DNA of 63,685 nt, filler included, from Octopus bimaculoides (taxonomy: Eukaryota): the NCBI RefSeq assembly GCF_001194135.2. It is 5 parts of 5 records of this genome, joined end to end, with 100 filler letters (N's around TTAATTAATTAA, not from the genome) between each part and the next. Parts side by side here need not be neighbours in the genome. Positions count along the whole stretch, not along the records: positions 50,613 to 63,685 come from NC_068981.1; 4 more parts are not named here. The stretch is one strand, 5' to 3'. Shown here piece by piece: positions 51,530-63,685 of the stretch. The translations under genes and the position numbers were made by a program. A model generated the notes under the pieces. The model saw only the letters and a list, made by a program, of their open reading frames with translations, was not told the origin of the DNA and searched no databases. Position 1 is the first letter of the stretch. Every line of letters begins with the position of its first letter.

Positions 51530-52525
51530 CTTGTATGTACAGTTAGATATACGACTCCAACTATATGAGTTAGGGCTCCACATACATGATCATTATCAAG
51601 TCAGCTTCCTGTTATAGTGGTCAATCTACCATTGTACTTCGCAGTCCAACTAGTTATGATATACTGAGCATATGTTGTGGAAGATTAAGATAAACACCAG
51701 TATAAATTATTAGTTCCATTGCATTTATTTGGAACTCAACATCGGATGCCTAACCGCAGTGGATCATCTGGGAAGGACTTTTTTTTACAGTCTGCTACAG
51801 ATCTAATCTTCCCCTATATATATGTGTATGTGCGTGTGTGTAAGTGCGAGTGTGTTTGTGTCTCTGTGTATGAGGGAGAGAGAGAGAGAGAGAGAGAGAT
51901 AAGGCTAAAGACTATTAATTGATTCTAAATTAATTATGCAGTCCATCAGACGTGCTTCCATACTATTTCTGGTTACCCAAGTTAACATTCTCAGCAGATT
52001 TTCTCTGGTTTTATTCTTAACTTTATCTTTCAGTTTTGTGCTTCATTTTAACCCGATCATTTCCAATCTTATCTCTTAGTTTTATTGAGCCTTTAATATT
52101 TCTATAATTTCCCAATCATTACCATTTTCCGCTCTTTTCTTCCTATACTATTCCTTAATATTTTCCATTTATTTTCACCCTTATTTTCCTAGCGTTTTCA
52201 CGTCCATTAAACGTTTGCTCCCAGCTACACTCTGTGCTTATCTAAAGCTTTTTGTCTTTTCCACTGCCTTGCCATGATATTCATTTTTCGCCCACGTATC
52301 TCTCCTGTACCTCATCATTTATACGCGAGAGAGCTTTGTAGCGGTCATTGCCAGTTTGGCCATCATGCAATACAGGCACAGGTCGAAAATACACTTGCTC
52401 AGGATAGCCAAGGTAGTCAAGATAACACACAACAGAATTGATCCTGGGCTTCTTGGTTGCGAAGCGGTTTCCTTAAGTGTTAGGCCATACCTTCCTTACT
52501 ACTCATACAACACAGGCGTAAGTTA

Positions 52526-52581
<56 letters not shown>

Positions 52582-53567
52582 NNNNNNNNNNNNNNNNNNN
52601 NNNNNNNNNNNNNNNNNNNNNNNNNNNNNNNNNNNNNNNNNNNNNNNNNNNNNNNNNNNNNNNNNNNNNNNNNNNNNNNNNNNNNNNNNNNNNNNNNNNN
52701 NNNNNNNNNNNNNNNNNNNNNNNNNNNNNNNNNNNNNNNNNNNNNNNNNNNNNNNNNNNNNNNNNNNNNNNNNNNNNNNNNNNNNNNNNNNNNNNNNNNN
52801 NNNNNNNNNNNNNNNNNNNNNNNNNNNNNNNNNNNNNNNNNNNNNNNNNNNNNNNNNNNNNNNNNNNNNNNNNNNNNNNNNNNNNNNNNNNNNNNNNNNN
52901 NNNNNNNNNNNNNNNNNNNNNNNNNNNNNNNNNNNNNNNNNNNNNNNNNNNNNNNNNNNNNNNNNNNNNNNNNNNNNNNNNNNNNNNNNNNNNNNNNNNN
53001 NNNNNNNNNNNNNNNNNNNNNNNNNNNNNNNNNNNNNNNNNNNNNNNNNNNNNNNNNNNNNNNNNNNNNNNNNNNNNNNNNNNNNNNNNNNNNNNNNNNN
53101 NNNNNNNNNNNNNNNNNNNNNNNNNNNNNNNNNNNNNNNNNNNNNNNNNNNNNNNNNNNNNNNNNNNNNNNNNNNNNNNNNNNNNNNNNNNNNNNNNNNN
53201 NNNNNNNNNNNNNNNNNNNNNNNNNNNNNNNNNNNNNNNNNNNNNNNNNNNNNNNNNNNNNACCACCACCACCTTACTCTATGCTACACTGAGTATGTAA
53301 TTTCCCCCCCTTCTAATCATATTAATAAGTATAAGTTTAACCGTTTATCTCGGTTTCGTGTGAAATCTTTCTAATGGATTCTTTTGTGAGTATCTCGCGT
53401 TGGTATTAAAGTTTGGCACAACTCTCGGTCGATGGTGATTCTATTCCATTAAATTGTCCCCGGTTCGTTGAGACGATTAGTAGCCCCTCTCCCTAGCGTT
53501 ACCTTCGTGTGATGACATGACGTCGGTATAGATCGGTAAAGGGGAGAGCGAAATAGACAGGGACAGG

Positions 53568-53612
<45 letters not shown>

Positions 53613-53956
53613 TGAAGGAACGAGAAAGGAAAGGAAGGATATTTTCAATGAAATTTTACCTATCATGTGATAGGAGACAGAGAGACAAAAAGAGAGAGGG
53701 TGGTTTAAAGAGCGGAAGGGAGAGAGAAGAATANNNNNNNNNNNNNNNNNNNNNNNNNNNNNNNNNNNNNNNNNNNNNNNNNNNNNNNNNNNNNNNNNNN
53801 NNNNNNNNNNNNNNNNNNNNNNNNNNNNNNNNNNNNNNNNNNNNNNNNNNNNNNNNNNNNNNNNNNNNNNNNNNNNNNNNTTTCAAATTTAAGGTAAGGT
53901 CCGGAAATGGGGAGTGGGTGGGAGAAGAAGAAAGAAGGGTCAAGAGAGATAGAAAG

Positions 53957-54005
<49 letters not shown>

Positions 54006-54084
54006 TAGATAGAAAGAGATAGATAGCTAGCTAAACAGACAGACAGCTAGCTAGCTAGCTAGATAGATAGATAGATACATACAT

Positions 54085-54143
<59 letters not shown>

Positions 54144-55063
54144 GAGAGATGAAGGCAAGAAGGAAGCTGGAGAAAAATTATAGTCATTATTGCCAGGAAA
54201 TCGGTTCCAACAAAACCCACCTCTCCCGCACTTTCTTTCCCCTTCCCCACCTGCCCTCTTCTCTCTGTCGAAACATATATTCACCGGTCGAGTAGACACG
54301 ACTTATAGGAATGGTGATGATCATCGTGCTGGTGATGATGATGTTGATGGCGACAAACTGATGATTATGATGATGATGATGATAATGACCGCACTGATGA
54401 TGATGATGATGATAATGAAGATGACGATGCTACTGGTACTTGAAATACTTATTTAAGGAATAAATGATGGATTTTTTCCCTTATAAAATTTTTGCACGTT
54501 AACTACTTGATAAATTCTTACAAAGACTTTATCCTATTATTGAATTATAAATATAATCAGAATATATTCAGTGCTGAATTTTATTCTGAAAAACACATGT
54601 ACCGAGTTGCAATTCGAAAAGTCTGCCTCTTACATAGATATATAAGGATAAACAATTGTCTATGTACTATGCTGAATACATGGGGTGTTCGTCTGGTATG
54701 TTGATTTTTTTGTTTATTTTTATGTGTCTTGACCATACATGTACTGATGAGAAAATGATGCATATTACTGCAATAATTACGAAATCATGATCTACCGTTC
54801 AGTCAGCTTTTAGAGGGTTAGCTTTGAGAGTTGCATTTCCTCGTGTTCGGTAAAAATGTGTTTGACTTTAGAGTCCCTCTTAGCGTGAGGCATTTATGTA
54901 TAGTAATGCCTTAATATAAATAAATATTATTTATAGGGAATAAGTGATGGATTTTTTCCCTTATGAGGGTTTTCCACGCTAACTACTTGATAAATTCTTA
55001 CAAAGATTTTATCCTATTATTGAATTAATTATATATAGATACATACATACATACATACATACA

Positions 55064-55094
<31 letters not shown>

Positions 55095-55902
55095 GCGTGC
55101 GTGTGTATGTGTGTGTGTGCAGAGAGACAGATGGATTGATAGATAGATATTTTGATAGGTAGATAGAGAAATAGATTGATAAACAGTCAGACAGAGAGAC
55201 AGAAAGGCAAACAGACAAACAGAGAGATAGCTAGACAGTTAGATATAGATGTGTGTGTGAGTGTATGTGTGCGTGTTTGTCTGTGTGTGTGTGAGAGAGA
55301 GAGGGAGAAAGAGAGAGAGAGAGAGAGAGGGGGGTGCACGCGCGTGCTCGTTAAGGGAAGTAAACAGGCTGAATGTAAATGCCACTTGACATTATAAACA
55401 TCGACTGAAATAGAGAAGTATAACTTTAGACGTCTAATATCATTGCGTTTATATCTTTACAGTTATTTTATAATCGATAGACCTCATAAGAGTATATAAT
55501 AATGCTTATGTATGTATGTATGTATGTATGTATGTATGTATGTATGTATGCATGTATGTATGAGTTGTGGAAGGATTCCGACCACCCCTCAGGTGACTAA
55601 AGGTGGACTGTCTCATTGCTATTAAACAAAGAACTATGAGCGATACGCAGTTCGGGTGAGTAGCAGTTCACTGTGAGCCGTGATTGGGAACGTTGGATCT
55701 CGTGTTATAATAATAACAGTGCGTCGTGTAAATACTTTCTTTCCCCTCAGTTTTGTTATATCATATATCCAATTTATAAAGATATAAATGTATGTGTATA
55801 TGTATGCATATATGTATGCATGTATGTATGCTTATATGTATGTATGTATGTATCTATCTATCTATTTATCTATTTATCTATCGATATATTATTTTATTCT
55901 TT

Positions 55903-56118
55903 TACCTTTTTCAGTCATTTGACTGCGGCCATGCTGTAGCACCGATTTTAGTCGAGCAAATAGACCCCAGAACTTATTCTTTGTAAGCCTAGTACTTATT
56001 CTATCGGTCTCTTTTGCCGAACCGTTAGCTTACGGGGACGTAAACGCACCAACATCGCTTGTCAAGCGGTGGAGGAGGGACAAACACAGATACACAAATA
56101 CATACATATACATACATA

Positions 56119-56167
<49 letters not shown>

Positions 56168-56235
56168 GACAGGGCCCAAGGCTATAGTAGAAAATGTCAC
56201 GTAGTTGGACTGAACCCGGAGCCATGTGGTTTATG
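55903..56235 (-). mobile_element. tRNA-derived SINE family A
   Basis: ttcagtcatttgactgcggccatgctg...ctatcggtctcttttgccgaaccg...ggactgaacccggagccatgtgg. Confidence 0.85.
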
Positions 56236-56829
56236 CGTGCGCGCTACATATCTCAAATAATAATACCAGGATTTTTTTCTTCGCACGTTCTAGCATTTGT
56301 CTTTTGTATATGATGTTTTGCACAAACATCGCCTAAACTATTTCTGAAGGAATATGTATGACTGAAATACCATTATTTAAATGTAATCCCCATTATACCT
56401 TTATGGTGTGTAAGTTCGGTGCTTCAGGTTTGTCTGGATGGAAGTGATTGCCATATCGTAGTTAATCGCTTCAGCATCACGTAACTTATTAAGCAGGCAT
56501 GTGTTTGTATTTCTGCATATTTACTTAACCGAAGATAAATGCATGATAAACACTTTTAAAAGCATATTTCAGTTATCTTGCAAGATCTTAATGGAAATTA
56601 TATTCTACATGGTAAGCATAAATGTAAACTAGGAAAAAAGAGCAGCAGACACACCACCGACTGACATAAACGATTACACAACAGATCGCCTGTAATTCTT
56701 TATATTCAAGTTATGTTATATAAATGATGTTTTGCTTCTATTTTGAATTAATTATTTCAGTTGCACAAATATCACACTCGTTTCACAGGTAACGTATCAA
56801 TCACTAGGTAATTTCTACTAATGTTCAAT

Positions 56830-57150
56830 AGGCGCAGAAGTGGCTATGTGGTAAGAAGCTTGCATCCCAACCGTTTGGTTCTGGGTTAAGTCCCACTGCG
56901 CGGCACTTTAGGTTGGTGTCTTCTACTATAGCCCCGGGCCGACCAAAGCCTTGTGAGTGTGTGTGTGTTTGTATCTATGTTTGTTCCCCTACCACTGCTT
57001 GACAACCGGTGTTGGTGTGTTTGCCTCCCAGTACACCAGCAGTTCGGCAAATGAGACTGATAGAATAAGTACCAAACTTAAGAAAATATAAGTCCTGGAA
57101 TTGATTTGTTCAACTAAAAACTCTTCAAGTTGGTGCCCCAGCTTGGCCGC
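56830..57150 (+). mobile_element. tRNA-derived SINE family A
   Basis: gtggctatgtggtaagaagcttgcatcccaacc...gggccgaccaaagccttgtgagtg...ggtgccccagcttggccgcagtc. Confidence 0.85.
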
Positions 57151-57844
57151 AGTCAAAAAAAAGATTAAACAGTCAAAAAAAAGATTAAACATAAAAGATA
57201 ATTTTCAGTATAAAATATGGATCAAACCTAGAATTTGAGAACAGGAAATAGAAGGCAATCTGTCGAGTAAACGGAGTTATGAAGACAAAGATCGACAAGG
57301 AATTGAAATGGAGTCATGAGAAGGGCTGACCTACGTAAACTGCAAGACGCCGTCACAGACGAACAAAGATTGCTTCACCATGGGCTGCGTTTACTGTTAG
57401 AGAGAGCTGCAAGGACAGCCGTCGAGTGGACAGATGAATGAAGAAGGACGGAGGAGTGCAGGGCAGTGAAGAATTGGTAAACAAGTGTGGGGAAGACTTG
57501 ACCGAGATTGATGTCAACGGAGAAGAAAGGGCGGAGTTTGGAGAACTCTCGTTGTCTGATACTCTTTGAGCGAACGGAGATAGCATCATCATGTATGAAT
57601 GTATGTATGTTTATGTACATGTGTGTGTGTGTGTGTGTGTGTGTATACATACAGGCATACATTATGTGAGTGTGTGTGTGTGTGTATGTGTGTGTATGAA
57701 TGTATACACATAATCTAAGTACCGTCTTAATGTCTTATTCCGTAAAACAAGATACTGTTCTGCTTGTGTCTGTAGTCAATCCCCACTCCTTGCCTTCCCC
57801 TCCTTCTTCTGTGTTTTCTGTTCTGTTTTGTTTCAAGTGGTTTC

Positions 57845-57901
<57 letters not shown>

Positions 57902-57975
57902 GCACGCACACACATATCTGCATACATATATAAATTATAGATTGATAGATATAGATATATATACACATACACATG

Positions 57976-58038
<63 letters not shown>

Positions 58039-59104
58039 ATGTATGTGTGTGTGTGTGCATGTGTGTGTTTGTGCGTGCGTGTATTGTATTCTTCTTTTAT
58101 TGAGATTCACGATGTTAGCATTGCAATGTTTCTCTCTTGTCTCGAAATCCGAAAGCTTGTTTTCTGTCTTCTTGTGAGGTAACAAATAAATGGCTGCCAT
58201 TCAACATATAGACGCATCCATTGTTCGTTTACGATTAATTTTCCAACGAATTTGCTTTCAATACGTTCATGTTATATTTGCTTTTATTTACTTATTTTTA
58301 TTTTCAATTTCTTATGTTTGTTTATTATGTTTGTGATGTATTTTATCTCTCTCAATCTCTACTTTTTGAATCCCATTCTTTCCCATCTTTCACTCCTCNN
58401 NNNNNNNNNNNNNNNNNNNNNNNNNNNNNNNNNNNNNNNNNNNNNNNNNNNNNNNNNNNNNNNNNNNNNNNNNNNNNNNNNNNNNNNNNNNNNNNNNNNN
58501 NNNNNNNNNNNNNNNNNNNNNNNNNNNNNNNNNNNNNNNNNNNNNNNNNNNNNNNNNNNNNNNNNNNNNNNNNNNNNNNNNNNNNNNNNNNNNNNNNNNN
58601 NNNNNNNNNNNNNNNNNNNNNNNNNNNNNNNNNNNNNNNNNNNNNNNNNNNNNNNNNNNNNNNNNNNNNNNNNNNNNNNNNNNNNNNNNNNNNNNNNNNN
58701 NNNNNNNNNNNNNNNNNNNNNNNNNNNNNNNNNNNNNNNNNNNNNNNNNNNNNNNNNNNNNNNNNNNNNNNNNNNNNNNNNNNNNNNNNNNNNNNNNNNN
58801 NNNNNNNNNNNNNNNNNNNNNNNNNNNNNNNNNNNNNNNNNNNNNNNNNNNNNNNNNNNNNNNNNNNNNNNNNNNNNNNNNNNNNNNNNNNNNNNNNNNN
58901 NNNNNNNNNNNNNNNNNNNNNNNNNNNNNNNNNNNNNNNNNNNNNNNNNNNNNNNNNNNNNNNNNNNNNNNNNNNNNNNNNNNNNNNNNNNNNNNNNNNN
59001 NNNNNNNNNNNNNNNNNNNNNNNNNNNNNNNNNNNNNNNNNNNNNNNNNNNNNNNNNNNNNNNNNNNNNNNNNNNNNNNNNNNNNNNNNNNNNNNNNNNN
59101 NNNN

Positions 59105-59142
<38 letters not shown>

Positions 59143-59454
59143 GTATGTACTAACAGAGTATCCGGTATTGCACGCATTGAAAAGCATCTAGAAATGGACG
59201 AGAATTTTACTTAAGAAATGCTTTTTCGGTTCAATAGAACACTCGTGCATTTCTCGTGAAAACTTATCTTTCATGCATGAAATGATATTGTTTCCTTAAT
59301 GCACTGCGTTACTGACAGGCGCTCAATTTCAGTAGTAAATATCGTTATTTATTGTATAAACCATACAGAGCTGATGCAAGTATATTAAATAAGGATAAAG
59401 AATTAAGTAAATATCAAAACGTTTGAAACTATTAGCATTTATCTTCTCCTTCTG

Positions 59455-60022
59455 CTTTGAAGGGGCTGCTTTGAAGGGACCCAGTCGAACAGCTCGATTC
59501 TAGAATTTACTCTTTTCTGTTTGGTGCTTATTCTATCGGTCTCTTTTGCCAGGCTGCTAATTTATGGGGGGTGTACAGAAACCATCGCAAGTTGTCAAGC
59601 GGTAGTTGAGAGGGAGGCACAAACAGACACAAGCACGCGTACACACATACACACACATATATACACATACGCTCGTACGACAGACCTCCATACAGTTTTC
59701 GACCACCAGATACATTCGCAAGCGTTTCGTCAACCTGGGGCTTTTTTGGAAGACACCCAAGGTGCCATGCAAAGGGATTGAACCCGAAACGACATGGATA
59801 CAAAGCAAACTTCTTAATCTCACGGCCATCATTGGTTTCAAATTTTGGCTCAAGAGCTGGGGTTAAATCGATTATATCGACCCCATACTAAACTTCTACT
59901 TATTTTATCGACTTCAAAAGGATGAAAAGCTAAATCGACCTCAGCAAAATTTGAACTCGGAACGCAAAGACGGACGAAATGCCGATAAGTATTTTATTCG
60001 GTGTGGTAACGATTCTTCCAGC
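59455..60022 (-). mobile_element. Adjacent SINE family A (about 59455-59820) and SINE family B (about 59825-60022)
   Basis: Reverse-complement matches to the family A and B copies above. Confidence 0.8.
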
Positions 60023-60029
60023 CATTATT

Positions 60030-60516
60030 AATGAACATTATATACTATATTGTGGTGCTCTTATTTTTACTGTATTGAAAGTGTTTTACGTAGGAAGTGT
60101 GCGGTGACTTGTAGTGCTATTTTCTCTATGTTATATATACTTGTAATTTCTGGTGTTTTTGTTATGTATTTGTCGATGTCTTTTTTTTTTATTATACCTA
60201 ACGCGCTTACTAAAATAGGAATTGTTTCTGTGTTTAGGCTCCACATTCGAGTTACCTCTATTTCCAGATCTTTGTATTTTGAAAGTTTCTCCGTTTCTTT
60301 TAGAGAAACCTTGTCATCTGTTGGTATTGATACATCGATTAGAAAGCATATTTTTCTTGGTGATCTCTGACAACTATATCCGGCCTATTGGCCTTAATTT
60401 CTCAATCTGTGTGTATTGACATATCCCATAGTATAGTGGCTTTCTCGTTTTCTGAGACCTTTTCTGGGGTGTGCCTATACCATCTTTGTTCTGTTGTTAT
60501 TCCATAGTATTGGCAT
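60030..60516 (-). mobile_element. 3' fragment of a third R4/Dong-like RLE non-LTR retrotransposon
   Basis: Minus-strand EQRWYRHTPEKVSENEKATILWD...KANRPDIVVRDHQE..FLIDVSIPTDDKVSLKETEKLSKYKDLEIEVTRMW...HFLRKTLSIQ*. Confidence 0.85.
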
Positions 60517-60581
60517 ATAATAATAATAACAATAATAATAATAATAATAATAATAATTATTATTATTATTATTATTATTAT

Positions 60582-60621
<40 letters not shown>

Positions 60622-61015
60622 TCTTGATTTCGCTGGGCGAAATCAAGAACCAGTTGAACACTGGATTCGATGTAGATACATTTCTTTTATTAGNNNNNNN
60701 NNNNNNNNNNNNNNNNNNNNNNNNNNNNNNNNNNNNNNNNNNNNNNNNNNNNNNNNNNNNNNNNNNNNNNNNNNNNNNNNNNNNNNNNNNNNNNNNNNNN
60801 NNNNNNNNNNNNNNNNNNNNNNNNNNNNNNNNNNNNNNNNNNNNNNNNNNNNNNNNNNNNNNNNNNNNNNNNNNNNNNNNNNNNNNNNNNNNNNNNNNNN
60901 NNNNNNNNNNNNNNNNNNNNNNNNNNNNNNNNNNNNNNNNNNNNNNNNNNNNNNNNNNNNNNNNNNNNNNNNNNNNNNNNNNNNNNNNNNNNNNNNNNNN
61001 NNNNNNNNNNNNNNN

Positions 61016-61072
<57 letters not shown>

Positions 61073-61254
61073 GGATGGATGGATTGGGTAGGGGTGTACA
61101 CACGCGTATCTTTCATGGTATATGGGTTGCTATCTATGAGTATTATTCTTTGCATTCAGAATGCAGTCGAACTTCGATTTCAATGCGTGCTGAGGCCGCC
61201 ATTGTCGCCGTTGTTATTACTTACGTTGCTACAAGAGACGACGACATTCGACGA

Positions 61255-62424
61255 TGACAACAACGACGACGACGACTACAACAATGGTGATGATGACAAT
61301 GATGACAGTGATGATGATGATGATGACGATGATGATGACGACGACGATGACGATATTGTTTATTGTATTGCTACGTTGACGATCGATCATGGAAGAGGTC
61401 ACCGTCTGTGATCAATTAGTTGATTGCTTTCTAACTACTCTATATGATCTTATGTTATCGCTGTGGTAGTGGTGGTGGCGATGGTGGTGGTGGCGGCGGT
61501 GGTGGTTGTGGTAGTGGTGGCGGTGGCGGTGNNNNNNNNNNNNNNNNNNNNNNNNNNNNNNNNNNNNNNNNNNNNNNNNNNNNNNNNNNNNNNNNNNNNN
61601 NNNNNNNNNNNNNNNNNNNNNNNNNNNNNNNNNNNNNNNNNNNNNNNNNNNNNNNNNNNNNNNNNNNNNNNNNNNNNNNNNNNNNNNNNNNNNNNNNNNN
61701 NNNNNNNNNNNNNNNNNNNNNNNNNNNNNNNNNNNNNNNNNNNNNNNNNNNNNNNNNNNNNNNNNNNNNNNNNNNNNNNNNNNNNNNNNNNNNNNNNNNN
61801 NNNNNNNNNNNNNNNNNNNNNNNNNNNNNNNNNNNNNNNNNNNNNNNNNNNNNNNNNNNNNNNNNNNNNNNNNNNNNNNNNNNNNNNNNNNNNNNNNNNN
61901 NNNNNNNNNNNNNNNNNNNNNNNNNNNNNNNNNNNNNNNNNNNNNNNNNNNNNNNNNNNNNNNNNNNNNNNNNNNNNNNNNNNNNNNNNNNNNNNNNNNN
62001 NNNNNNNNNNNNNNNNNNNNNNNNNNNNNNNNNNNNNNNNNNNNNNNNNNNNNNNNNNNNNNNNNNNNNNNNNNNNNNNNNNNNNNNNNNNNNNNNNNNN
62101 NNNNNNNNNNNNNNNNNNNNNNNNNNNNNNNNNNNNNNNNNNNNNNNNNNNNNNNNNNNNNNNNNNNNNNNNNNNNNNNNNNNNNNNNNNNNNNNNNNNN
62201 NNNNNNNNNNNNNNNNNNNNNNNNNNNNNNNNNNNNNNNNNNNNNNNNNNNNNNNNNNNNNNNNNNNNNNNNNNNNNNNNNNNNNNNNNNNNNNNNNNNN
62301 NNNNNTGATGATGATGATGGTGATGATGATGATGGTGATGATGGTGATGAAGATGATGATGATGATGATGATGATGATAATGATGATGATAATGATGATG
62401 ACGATGATGATAATGATGATGATG

Positions 62425-62456
<32 letters not shown>

Positions 62457-62561
62457 GGTGATGATGGTGATGATGATGATGATGATGATGATAATGATGA
62501 TGATAATGATAATGATGATGATAATGATGATGATAATGATGATGATGATGAAGATGATGAA

Positions 62562-62592
<31 letters not shown>

Positions 62593-63579
62593 GTGATGAT
62601 GGTGATGATGACGATGATGGTGATGTGATGGTGATGAACATGATAATGATGATGGTGACGGTGATGGTGTTGTTGATGGTGATGATGATGAAGGGGATGA
62701 CGACGACGTCGATGATGGTGATGACGATGATGATGATAATGACAACTCTGGTGGTGCTACCAATGATTGCAGGTGCGGGGATGGTGGTTGCGTTGGTTGT
62801 GTTGAGAGCGGTGGTATTGGTGGTGATTATTTTTTTTTTTTAACAATGATGAAGTTTATGATGATGATGATAATGAGCATCACCATGACGACGACGATAA
62901 TACTGATAATGATGTTGTTGTAGTCGTCGTCGACGTTGCTATTGTTGTCGATGTTTAGTGAAAGGTCAGATCTGACAGACCACGTCTATGATCAAAGGCA
63001 TTGCAATCAGACCCAGCACATGTTTTTAAAGGTTTCAAGATCAACATTAACCCAACGAACCCTTTCTTTTCTCAACACGTACAGCGTTATTTGAAGGGTA
63101 TTTAGCTGCTGGTCTCACGACAATTTTGTCTTTCCTCCTCGTAGCCTATTCTTCTTTCTTACTCTCATTTTGTATCATTCATTTGATGAAAGGCTGGTGT
63201 TCGAAACGTTATAACACTCGATTCCCATCGAATCATCAAGCTAATAACGCCTTCGGCTGCTGATCTCACGACAATTTTGTCTTTCCTCCTCGTAGCCTTC
63301 GGCTGCCGATCTCTCGACAAGTTTTCTTTTTCTCCTTTTCACAGGCTATTCTTCTTTCTGAATAAGGACACNNNNNNNNNNACGACGACGACGACGACGA
63401 CGACGACAATGCTGATGTTGATAGTGATGATGATGACGCGGAGGAGGATATTGATGTTGCTAGTAGTGATGCTGCTCCTGCTGCTGACGATGATGGCGAT
63501 GATGATGGTGACGAAAATGATGATGAAGATGATGAAGATGATGATGATGATGATGATGATAAAGATGATGATGATGAAG

Positions 63580-63611
<32 letters not shown>

Positions 63612-63636
63612 GGTGATGATGGTGATGAAGATGATG

Positions 63637-63668
<32 letters not shown>

Positions 63669-63685
63669 GGTGATGATGGTGATGA
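61255..63685. repeat. (GAT/GGT/GAC)n low-complexity trinucleotide tracts with gaps
   Basis: Directly visible. They produce spurious poly-M/D/H/S ORFs. Confidence 0.9.
63105..63345 (+). repeat. Direct repeats (43 bp x2 plus a degenerate third) bracketing a decayed hammerhead-like motif
   Basis: 63105-63147 and 63256-63298 differ at one base. UUGAUGAA-AGGCUGGUGUUC-GAAACGUU lies at 63183-63210. Confidence 0.7.

Noticed and set aside
55640-55660. Strong plus-strand donor CGG|gtgagt after ATGAGCGATACGCAGTTCGG
   Set aside because: It is an isolated site with no supportable downstream exon.

Overview
AT-rich animal genomic DNA, about 13% N, dominated by microsatellites and transposon debris. The repeat families resemble those of octopus/cephalopod genomes; this is inferred from pattern recognition, not from a database search. 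There is no intact long ORF, no CRISPR array and no rRNA or true tRNA gene, and almost every ORF in the supplied track is a microsatellite or gap artefact. Supported content: (1) a likely spliced protein-coding gene of unknown identity on the minus strand, with frame-consistent short exons at about 10.6-13.7 kb and weaker upstream candidates to about 22.7 kb; (2) fossils of Tc1 and mariner transposons and MITEs, RTE LINEs, three R4/Dong-like RLE-endonuclease LINE 3' ends, an L2/CR1-like LINE, and many tRNA-derived SINEs; (3) several hammerhead-ribozyme-like motifs in Penelope-type terminal repeats, including one with a canonical core (32708-32768, minus) and a three-copy family with a recurrent non-canonical core (CUGUNGAA); (4) several near-perfect hairpins and inverted repeats; (5) four artificial 44N-TTAATTAATTAA-44N scaffold joins, one of which coincides with a sharp change in CpG content. 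The ribozyme-like motifs and the unannotated gene are the most promising leads. Their activity and identity are unproven.
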